NCBI GenBank assembly: GCA_900234795.1 | Contig: LT962688.1 | Location: 3,660,001 to 3,692,000 of the forward strand | Direction of reading: 5' to 3' | DNA length: 32,000 bases | From: Methylorubrum extorquens | GTDB lineage: Bacteria > Pseudomonadota > Alphaproteobacteria > Rhizobiales > Beijerinckiaceae | Shown here: in pieces, positions 8,941 to 18,091 of the stretch | Layout: each line of letters starts with the position of its first letter | How positions within the stretch are numbered: the stretch's first letter is position 1 | Program-made: the position numbers and the translations under genes | Notes under the pieces: generated by a model | Databases searched by the model: none | What the model saw: only the letters and a program-made list of their open reading frames with translations | Told to the model about the DNA's origin: nothing

Positions 8941-8970
8941 ATCCCAGCCCTGAAGGGCCGAGATCTTGTC

Positions 8971-8999
8971 AGAGGTGCAGGTTCGAGCCCTGCACCTCT
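8971..8999. terminator. 11-bp perfect hairpin between convergent genes (possible bidirectional terminator)
   Basis: AGAGGTGCAGG-TTCGAGC-CCTGCACCTCT. There is no U-tract on either strand. It sits between the M48 stop (8940) and the lipoprotein stop (9037). Confidence 0.4.
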
Positions 9000-9036
9000 C
9001 TCGAGGGACGGCGCTCAGCGCCGCCCCTTCATCGCA

Positions 9037-9417
9037 TCAGACCGGACGCGGCAGCTTGCAGCTATCGAGCGCGTTCAGCGCCTTGGCGCGCGCGCTGTCG
9101 TTGAAGTAGCCGGTGGTGCGGTAGGAGGCGATCTCGTCCTTGTCGAGGGTGGAGAGGGTGCGCTCGGCATAGCAGCCGCAGGGCGCGGCGAGCGCGTCCT
9201 CAGGCACCTTCTGGAACCGGGCCTGGGTGACAGTGCAGGCGTGGCGCACGCGGCCGGCCAGGTTGGTCTTCGTCGCGGTCTTCAGCGTCGGATCGGGCAC
9301 ATAGCCTTCGAGCGAGGTGTACTGCGTCGAGCGGCCGGCGGAGTTGCAGGCGGCGAGCAGGGACACGAGGCCGGCCGCGACGAGCAGGCGGCCGGTGCGC
9401 GAAAACGTGAGGCGCAT
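9037..9417 (-). CDS. Hypothetical lipoprotein
   Basis: 126-aa ORF. Signal peptide with lipobox LLAAC. Four further Cys residues. No family recognised. Confidence 0.6.
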   Translation of the reverse strand: MRLTFSRTGRLLVAAGLVSLLAACNSAGRSTQYTSLEGYVPDPTLKTATKTNLAGRVRHACTVTQARFQKVPEDALAAPCGCYAERTLSTLDKDEIASYRTTGYFNDSARAKALNALDSCKLPRPV

Positions 9418-9603
9418 GGGAGCGAAAATCCGAGAGAGACGGGAAATCGTCGATCGATTCCGTTCTTCGGGCCGCCCGCCCCGCGCCGCTAGGGCAGGAG
9501 AGTCACACTCGGCCGGATTGCGCCCTTGAGGTCAGCCCCGCGCAAGCGCGAGCGCGTTTCTCGCCGGCCCCGTCTGCGGAGCCGGCGAGGGTGGTGCCTT
9601 AGA

Positions 9604-9693
9604 GCGCTTTCCGACGAAGTGGACGCCGGTTCGGCGAAAGAAAGCGCGTTCGAACAAAGACCGAGAGACGCCGGCCTGATGCAATCAGGCCGG
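9604..9693. repeat. Structured intergenic repeat, copy A (includes the ndk terminator hairpin)
   Basis: About 75 nt align with 17603-17684, including an identical 27-mer GACCGAGAGACGCCGGCCTGATGCAAT (9659-9685 = 17650-17676). Internal stems are GCGCTTTC (9604-9611)/GAAAGCGC (9640-9647) and CCGGCCTGA (9671-9679)/TCAGGCCGG (9685-9693). Confidence 0.6.
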
Positions 9694-9701
9694 AGACGGC
9701 T

Positions 9702-10124
9702 CTAGGCGGCGATGTCGGCGTCGTTGAAGAACTGCGCGATCTCGAGCCGTGCGTTGTCGGCGCTGTCGGAGCCGTGAACGGTGTTCTCACCGACCGACTC
9801 GGCGAACTGCTTGCGGATCGTGCCGTCGGCGGCCTGGGCCGGGTTCGTGGCGCCCATGACTTCACGGTACTTGGCGACGGCGTTCTCGCCCTCGAGCACC
9901 TGCACGACCACGGGGCCCGACGTCATGAACTCGACCAGCTCACCGAAGAACGGGCGCTCCTTGTGCACCTCGTAGAACTTCTCGGCCTGCTCGCGGGTCA
10001 TGCGGATGCGGCGCTGGCCGACGATGCGCAGGCCGGCGGCCTCGATCACGGCGTTGACCGCGCCGGTGATGTTGCGGCGCGTCGCGTCGGGCTTGAGAAT
10101 GGAGAAGGTGCGCTCGTTGGCCAT
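9702..10124 (-). CDS. ndk: Nucleoside-diphosphate kinase
   Basis: The internal ATG at 10124 of ORF 9702..10277 gives a 140-aa protein, [24 protein letters not shown]...[20 protein letters not shown], which is canonical NDK with the active-site NxxHGSD. Confidence 0.95.
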   Translation of the reverse strand: MANERTFSILKPDATRRNITGAVNAVIEAAGLRIVGQRRIRMTREQAEKFYEVHKERPFFGELVEFMTSGPVVVQVLEGENAVAKYREVMGATNPAQAADGTIRKQFAESVGENTVHGSDSADNARLEIAQFFNDADIAA

Positions 10125-10498
10125 GGTCCGGTCCGGTTCGTTGGAGAAAGGGGTCGCGCGACGCGCTGAAGGAGGGCGGGCTCGAAAGCCGCCCGAGAGA
10201 TCGACCGTCCTGACAGTCGATGGCCTGGTTGGCGCCCGGCGCGCCGGGCTTATAGCGGTGGATCGGTAGGCCCTCAACCACCGTCAAGCGGCGGACAGGC
10301 CGTGGATGCCGGAGCGAACGGAATCGCGGCGAGCGCGGCCTTTTTCGGCGCCGCCATGGCTTTAGCGCAACACCGCCGAAAAATCGCCGGATTGCGACCG
10401 CTCAATGGGTGGACGGTTCGCCTGCCCCCGCTCGCTGCCGGGGTGATCCCTTCTCCGCAAGCCACAGCCCGTTTCGGGCCCAGCCTCAGGAGCCATTC

Positions 10499-11011
10499 AT
10501 GCGTATCGCTCTCGGTCTCGCCGCCCTCCTGGCCTCGAATGCCGCCTTTGCCGCCCCCAAAGATCTCTCCGGAACGTGGCTGACGGGGGACGGACGCGCG
10601 AAAATCCGCATCGACCGCTGCGGGCCGAGCGGCGGCAATGCCTGCGGCAAGGTGGTCTGGCTGAAAGCTCCGACCGATGACGCCGGCGCGCCGCGCATCG
10701 ACGTAAAGAATCCCGATCCGAAGAAGCGGGCCCGCCCGATCATTGGGCTCACGCTCCTCGAAAACCTCAAGCCTGAAGATGCGGGCTTTGCAGGCGAGAT
10801 CTATAACGCCGACGAGGGCAAGATCTATCAGGTCAGCCTGGAGCGTGAGAGCGAGAGCGAACTGAGCGTGCAGGGCTGCATGCTCAAGGTGCTGTGCGGC
10901 TCGCAGACCTGGACCCGCGTGCCGGACGTAAACCAGCAGGCCGCCGCGACGCCTGCGAAAACCGCCGCGAAGCCGGCGCCGGCCAAGGCACCCGCCGCCC
11001 CGGCAGAGTGA
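10499..11011 (+). CDS. DUF2147 domain-containing secreted protein
   Basis: ATG 10499 is preceded by AGGAG. Signal peptide MRIALGLAALLASNAAFA, then SGTWLTGDGRAKIRIDRCG...CGKVVWLK...GEIYNADEGKIYQVSL, typical of DUF2147. Ala/Pro/Lys-rich C-terminal tail. Confidence 0.85.
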   Translation: MRIALGLAALLASNAAFAAPKDLSGTWLTGDGRAKIRIDRCGPSGGNACGKVVWLKAPTDDAGAPRIDVKNPDPKKRARPIIGLTLLENLKPEDAGFAGEIYNADEGKIYQVSLERESESELSVQGCMLKVLCGSQTWTRVPDVNQQAAATPAKTAAKPAPAKAPAAPAE

Positions 11012-11036
11012 CGCGCCGAACGGTTTGGGAAAAATG

Positions 11037-11060
11037 GGGCGCGCCTTTGCTGGCGCGCCC
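11037..11060 (+). terminator. Hairpin terminator candidate after the DUF2147 gene
   Basis: GGGCGCGCC-TTTGCT-GGCGCGCCC, a 9-bp GC stem with a weak T-tract. Confidence 0.45.
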
Positions 11061-11346
11061 TGAAGTTCGACAAGCCTGATGGGGATCAAGGCCAATTAAG
11101 GTTGGCGCGATGCCGCAAGTCGGCGCGAGCGGCCGCGGTCACCTGTTTGTCATCCCGGAACGGTTTCAGAGCGATGCTCCCGGTTCGGCCCGGCTCGGCC
11201 TGTACCGGTACAGCCGTCATCGTCCTGTCGGATGTTTCAGCTTCTCACGCACATCGTGGCGCCCGCGCCACCGTTCTGAAGCCTCGTGCTTCGGCGGGTC
11301 TCGGGTGCATTGCGGCGGCACCGGCATCTGCTAGGCCGCTCACGGG

Positions 11347-13479
11347 GTGGCGGCGGGGGCTGGCGCAGTGTTCAAGGCGCGCGCGGGGATAATCGCGAAA
11401 CAGGGGGCGGTCTCGGCAGGGCTGGCCGCGATCCTCGGCTTTCACGCCGGCGCCGGCATGGCTGCAGACCTCGCGGAACGCGCACGGCCCCGCTTCATTG
11501 ATTGGTCCGGCTTCTATGCCGGGGTGCAGGGCAGCGCGGGCGCTTCCTTCGGCAACTACGATTTCGGCCCGACCACGATCGGCTCGCGCCGCGTTCGGTC
11601 GATCTCGACGGGCGATGCCACCGGCAGCCGCGATCTCGGCGGCGATGCCACCACGGCAGTCGGCGGCGCCTTCGCCGGCTGGAATTGGCAGGACGGGGCG
11701 CTTGTCTACGGTATCGAGGCCGACCTCGTCGGAGCCAATCTCAAGCGCGGCGCGCGCTCCGATGCGACGGGCTTCGGCTACGAGGGGGTCGATCCGCCCT
11801 TCGCCCTGATCCGCAAGAAGACGGACATGTTCGGGGCCGCCCGCGCCCGGCTCGGCTACGCCTTCGGCAACAACCTGATCTACGCGACCGCCGGTCTCAC
11901 GGGCGCCAACGGCCGGGTGCTCGCCACCTATCCGGATCTGGCCGGCGGCCCGACGGCCACGGCCACGCGCAATGTCTCCTATCTCGGCTTCACGCTCGGC
12001 GCGGGCGTGCAGTTCGCGGTCGATCCGCATCTCTCACTCGGAATCGACTACCGCTACAGCGATCTAGGCGAGAGCGGTCGCTTCGGCCTCGGCACGCTGC
12101 CGGGCCTTGATGGCGGGCCGGTGACGACCCGCACCAGCTTCGTCTCCAACAAGATGATGGCCCGGCTGATCTGGCACCCTCAGGCGTTGGCTCTCGTACC
12201 GGAGGAGGAGGACGAGGCTCCGAAGGACGCTCGCTTCTCGCTGCACGGCCAGACCACTTTCGTGAATCAGGGCGTGACGGGATTCCGCGCGCCCTATCGC
12301 GGGCCGCAAAGTCTCGTGCCAGATCAGGCGCAGGCGACGACGACCGCGACGCTGTTCCTCGGCCTCAAGCTCTTCGAGGGCACGGAACTCTACTACAACC
12401 CGGAATTCAGCCAGGGCTTCGGCCTGTCGCGCACATTGGGCGTGGCCGGTTTCGTCAACGGCGAGGCGCAGAAGGCGGGTGCGCCGTTCCCGAAGCTGCG
12501 CTCGAACCGCTACTTCGTCCGCCAGACCTTCGGACTCGGCGGCGAGACGGAAGAGGTGCCGGACGGGCCGAATTCCGTCGCCGGCACGCGCGACGTCGAG
12601 CGCATCACGGTCATCGCCGGCAAGTTCGCGCTCGGCGACTTCTTCGACGGCAACGCCTACGCCCACGACCCGCGGGTCGATTTCATGAACTGGGGCCTGT
12701 GGGCGGCGGCCGCCTGGGACTTCCCGGCCAACCTCCCCGGTTTCACGCAAGGCGTGATGGTCGAGTATAACCGGGCGGAATTTGCGATCCGTGCCGCCTA
12801 CACGCAGGTGCCCAAGGAGCCGTCCTCCGACGTGCTCGACCCGCGGGTGTTCGAGCGGGCCGGCGCCGTCATCGAGTTCGAGGAGCGCCACACGCTGCCC
12901 GTGCTCGACCAGCCGGGCCGCTTACGCCTCGGCCTGTTCTCGAATGTCGGCAACACCGCCAACTTCCGGCAGGTCGTGGCGCTGACGCAGACCGGCGCCT
13001 TCGCCGACATCAACACGGCGGCCGCAGCGACCCGGGAGCCCCGGCGCAAGAGCGGCGCTTACGTCAATCTCGAACAGGCCCTCACCGCGGATCTCGGCCT
13101 GTTCGCGCGGGCGAGCGTCAATGACGGGCGCAACGAGAACCTGAATTTCACCGATATCGACGGCTCGGTCTCGGGCGGCCTCTCGCTCAAGGGCGCGGCC
13201 TGGGGCCGGCCGCAGGACACGGTGGGCGTCGGCGCCGCCGCGAACCGAATCTCGACCGCTCACCGCGCCTACTTCGCCAATGGCGGCCTCGGGCTCCTGA
13301 TCGGCGACGGCCGCCTCGACAACTACGCGCCGGAGCGGGCGGTCGAGGTCTATTACGCGCTGAACCTGACGAAGGCCGTGACGATGACCTTCGACTACCA
13401 GCACATCGAGAACCCGGCCTATAACCGCGACCGGGGCCCGGCCGATTTCTTCGGAACGCGGCTGCACACGGATTTCTGA
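11347..13479 (+). CDS. Two-domain outer-membrane protein: N-terminal Omp25/Omp31-like small beta-barrel fused to a C-terminal OprB-family carbohydrate-selective porin
   Basis: Single uninterrupted 710-aa ORF (GTG 11347, alternative GTG 11368). Signal peptide ends ...HAGAGMA. Residues ~50-277 carry Rhizobiales OMP_b-brl motifs (WSGFYAGVQGSAG, FAGWNWQDGALVYGIEADL, ARARLGYAFGNNLIYATAGL, LGFTLGAGVQFAV, LSLGIDYRYSDLG). An acidic linker PEEEDEAPKD follows. Residues ~297-710 are OprB-like (FSLHGQTTFVNQG, YRGPQSL, ELYYNPEFSQGFGLS, C-terminal GTRLHTDF). Confidence 0.8.
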   Translation: MAAGAGAVFKARAGIIAKQGAVSAGLAAILGFHAGAGMAADLAERARPRFIDWSGFYAGVQGSAGASFGNYDFGPTTIGSRRVRSISTGDATGSRDLGGDATTAVGGAFAGWNWQDGALVYGIEADLVGANLKRGARSDATGFGYEGVDPPFALIRKKTDMFGAARARLGYAFGNNLIYATAGLTGANGRVLATYPDLAGGPTATATRNVSYLGFTLGAGVQFAVDPHLSLGIDYRYSDLGESGRFGLGTLPGLDGGPVTTRTSFVSNKMMARLIWHPQALALVPEEEDEAPKDARFSLHGQTTFVNQGVTGFRAPYRGPQSLVPDQAQATTTATLFLGLKLFEGTELYYNPEFSQGFGLSRTLGVAGFVNGEAQKAGAPFPKLRSNRYFVRQTFGLGGETEEVPDGPNSVAGTRDVERITVIAGKFALGDFFDGNAYAHDPRVDFMNWGLWAAAAWDFPANLPGFTQGVMVEYNRAEFAIRAAYTQVPKEPSSDVLDPRVFERAGAVIEFEERHTLPVLDQPGRLRLGLFSNVGNTANFRQVVALTQTGAFADINTAAAATREPRRKSGAYVNLEQALTADLGLFARASVNDGRNENLNFTDIDGSVSGGLSLKGAAWGRPQDTVGVGAAANRISTAHRAYFANGGLGLLIGDGRLDNYAPERAVEVYYALNLTKAVTMTFDYQHIENPAYNRDRGPADFFGTRLHTDF

Positions 13480-13738
13480 ACCCGTTCGGCCAATACGGCT
13501 TCGTCCGAGATGGTTCGTGGAGGCCGCCGGATGCCGCGACGGACGCGTCCGAAATGTTTGCATGGCGGCGCCGGCCGAGGGCATCATGCGCCGGTCTCGC
13601 GCCGGGGCACGGTGCCCCCCATATGAGGAGCGCCGAGGACGTGCGCCGGTTCACGCGCTTCCGCCGGTTCGGTGCGATGCCGCCGGACCGGCCGCCCTCC
13701 CGCTCCTCTTTTTCATCCAGCCCGGATACGGAGAGCCC

Positions 13739-14746
13739 ATGAGCTCCGGACACGCCCCTACTTTCACACCCTCGCTCGAAGGCGACGACGACGCCGTTCT
13801 GCCGTTCGCCGTCGAAGCGCTGGATCTGCGCGGCCGCGCCGTGCGGCTCGGGCCCTCGATCGACACCATCCTGCGCCGCCACGGCTATCCCAACGCGGTC
13901 GCCCGGCTGATCGGCGAGGCGGCGGCGCTCACCGTGTTGCTCGGTGCCTCCCTGAAGCTCGAAGGCCGCTTCCAGCTCCAGACCAAGACCGACGGACCTG
14001 TGAACATGCTGGTGGTCGATTTCGAGGCGCCCGACCGGGTGCGGGCCACCGCCCGCTTCGATGCGGAGCCGGTGGCCGCCCTCGGGCCGAAGGCGCGCGC
14101 CGCTGACCTGATGGGTCGCGGGCATCTGGCCATGACCATCGACCAGGGGCCATCCCAGAGCCGCTACCAGGGTGTCGTCGCGCTCGAGGGCCAAAGCCTC
14201 GAAGAGGCCGCGCACCAGTATTTCCGCCAATCCGAGCAGATCCCGACGCTGGTCCGCCTCGCGGTCGCCGAGCAGATGGAGGGTGGGGAGAGCCGCTGGC
14301 GAGCCGGCGGCCTGCTGGTGCAGTTCCTGCCGACCTCGCCCGACCGGATGCGCCAGGCCGACCTTCCGCCCGGCGACGCGCCGGAGGGCCACGAAATCCT
14401 CGCCGGCGGCACCCGTGACGACGATGCCTGGACCGAGGCGCGCAGCCTCGTGAACACGGTGGAGGACCACGAGATCGTCGATCCGGCGGTGTCGAGCGAG
14501 CGGTTGCTCTACCGCCTGTTCCACGAGCGCGGCGTGCGCGTGTTCGAGGCGCAGAGCGTGATCGAGCGCTGCCGCTGCTCGGAAGAGCGGGTGCTGGGGA
14601 TGATCCGCTCGTTCTCGGCCGAGGAGCGCCGGGACATGGTCGCGGATGATGGCACCGTGTCCATCACCTGCGAGTTCTGCTCGCGCCGCTACGTGCTCGA
14701 CCCGGCCGAGGTCGAGCGGGATATCGCGACCGCGCCGGGGGCGTGA
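13739..14746 (+). CDS. hslO: Hsp33 family redox-regulated chaperone
   Basis: ATG 13739 (GGAGAG RBS) within ORF 13517..14746. The C-terminal zinc centre CRCSEE...CEFCSRRY (CxC...CxxC) and the core MLVVDFEAP...GHLAMTIDQG are typical of HslO. Confidence 0.9.
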   Translation: MSSGHAPTFTPSLEGDDDAVLPFAVEALDLRGRAVRLGPSIDTILRRHGYPNAVARLIGEAAALTVLLGASLKLEGRFQLQTKTDGPVNMLVVDFEAPDRVRATARFDAEPVAALGPKARAADLMGRGHLAMTIDQGPSQSRYQGVVALEGQSLEEAAHQYFRQSEQIPTLVRLAVAEQMEGGESRWRAGGLLVQFLPTSPDRMRQADLPPGDAPEGHEILAGGTRDDDAWTEARSLVNTVEDHEIVDPAVSSERLLYRLFHERGVRVFEAQSVIERCRCSEERVLGMIRSFSAEERRDMVADDGTVSITCEFCSRRYVLDPAEVERDIATAPGA

Positions 14747-15091
14747 AGCACATTCTCGTCAACCTGCGTCCGGGATCGCGGCACAGACCCCGCGACCCTC
14801 GGGCCGGCATCGGAAGGATCGGCGGGTGACGGCCCGCCGTTCCGGCGATCACCCGCCCTGCAGCCGATGAAGTGCCGGGGCGATCGCGATGGCAGACCCG
14901 CGCGAAGGCAGCGGCGGGGTCATCAGGCGGCATCCCCGACCCTCTGCCGAGCAGATCCGTCATGGCTCCGGTTCAGGAAAGCGGTCTCACGGGCGTGATC
15001 CCGTTTGGAGTCGCTCCATGTTAAGGGAAGCGCAGGCCCCGTTCTTGCGGGCCTGTCCGTGCCGTCGACATCCGAACGAGGCGAACGAGCC

Positions 15092-16921
<1,830 letters not shown>

Positions 16922-16973
16922 GGCATCGTCCCGATACGCGCGATCAGCCGAACCGACACCGGAGGAAACCCCG

Positions 16974-17594
16974 ATGAGCACCATCGACGCGCTGATGCGC
17001 TCCGTTCCCGTCATCCCCGTGCTGGTGGTGGAGGATGCCGCCGACGCAGTGCCGATCGCCGAGGCGCTGGTCGGCGGCGGGCTCACTGCCCTCGAAGTCA
17101 CGCTCCGCACCCCCGCGGCGCTCGATGTGATCCGGGCGATGTCGAGCGTCGAGGGCGCGGTGGTCGGCGCCGGAACGGTGCTGAACGCGCGCGATCTCGA
17201 TGCCGCCATCGGCGCGGGCGCGAAGTTCATCGTCAGCCCCGGACTGACGGCGCCGCTGACGGAAGCGGCCCTCGCCTCGGGCGTTCCCTACCTGCCGGGC
17301 GTCGCGACCTCCGCCGACATCATGCGCGGCCTCGATCACGGGCTCGACCGCTTCAAGTTCTTCCCGGCGGAGGCCGCGGGCAGCCTGAAGGCGCTGAAGG
17401 CGCTCGCCGCGCCGTTCGGACAGGTGCGCTTCTGCCCCACCGGCGGCATCACCGAAGCGAGTGCCGGGGACTGGCTCGCCCATCCTGCCGTGCTCTGCGT
17501 CGGCGGAAGCTGGGTGGTCCCCGCGGGCAAACCCGACCCGGCGGCGATCCGCCGGCTCGCCGAAGCAGCCGCGACGTTGCGGCCCGCCCGGTAG
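16974..17594 (+). CDS. eda: KDPG / KHG aldolase
   Basis: ATG 16974 (GGAGGAAACCCCG ATG) gives 206 aa. Motifs VIPVLVVEDAADAVPIAEALVGGGL, EVTLRTPAA and KFFPAEAAGS (with the Schiff-base Lys) are typical Eda. Directly follows edd. Confidence 0.95.
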   Translation: MSTIDALMRSVPVIPVLVVEDAADAVPIAEALVGGGLTALEVTLRTPAALDVIRAMSSVEGAVVGAGTVLNARDLDAAIGAGAKFIVSPGLTAPLTEAALASGVPYLPGVATSADIMRGLDHGLDRFKFFPAEAAGSLKALKALAAPFGQVRFCPTGGITEASAGDWLAHPAVLCVGGSWVVPAGKPDPAAIRRLAEAAATLRPAR

Positions 17595-17602
17595 AGGCCC
17601 AA

Positions 17603-17684
17603 CGACGAAGGGGTCACGGGTTCATCGAAAGACTGCGCATCAAAACAAGGACCGAGAGACGCCGGCCTGATGCAATGGGGTCGG
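17603..17684. repeat. Structured intergenic repeat, copy B (downstream of eda)
   Basis: Aligns with 9612-9693 at roughly 80% identity by eye and contains the identical 27-mer at 17650-17676. The distal hairpin is degenerate here (CCGGCCTGATGCAATGGGGTCGG). Confidence 0.55.
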
Positions 17685-17952
17685 ATAAGGCACTCCGCGG
17701 CCTTCAGCCTCGCCGGAAAGGGCAGGGCTTCGTCTTCGCCCCCCTGCGCCCTTGCGAGCATGGCCGCTACGCGCGGGCGTCGGATCGGCTGTTCCGTCCC
17801 GACGCCACGCCGCCATGGCGGATGAAGTCACCAGTTTACAACAGTTCCGAGCAGCGTAGTTGCGGTTCTGCAACAATGTTTCTGCATCGTATAGATTTGA
17901 ACGTCTCCAGCTTTCGACAAATCGCGTTGAATGACGATATTTTAGGCGCTTA

Positions 17953-17969
17953 TCGCGAATTATTCTAAA
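17953..17969. promoter_or_regulatory. Candidate Irr-type iron control element (ICE)-like site upstream of the TonB-dependent receptor
   Basis: TCGCGAATTATTCTAAA compared with the published ICE form TTTAGAA-N3-TTCTAAA. The right half-site is perfect, and the left half keeps only the first T and the terminal GAA. Lies in the AT-rich region about 125-140 nt upstream of the receptor start. Confidence 0.25.
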
Positions 17970-18091
17970 CAAAAGCACCGTTTTTGTCGTTTGTTATAGT
18001 GCTTCACCGGCTTGATCCCCGTCGAGCGATGTCATCATGAGCGCCAAGTCGGCGTCACGACGTCGTCAAATATCGACAAGAAGACGGGGGA

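Noticed and set aside
8971-8999. tRNA gene
   Set aside because: Only a T-arm-like hairpin is present. No acceptor 5' strand, D-arm or anticodon arm can be drawn from the flanks.
10274-11095. 273-aa minus-strand ORF
   Set aside because: It overlaps the DUF2147 gene on the opposite strand, and its translation is Arg/Gly/Ala-rich with no motifs.
13617-13624. Sigma32-like -10 element CCCCATAT about 115 nt upstream of hslO
   Set aside because: It is attractive because Hsp33 is heat-shock regulated in E. coli. However, there is no CTTGAA-like -35 at the right distance, and it does not fit the alphaproteobacterial CYTATNT form.
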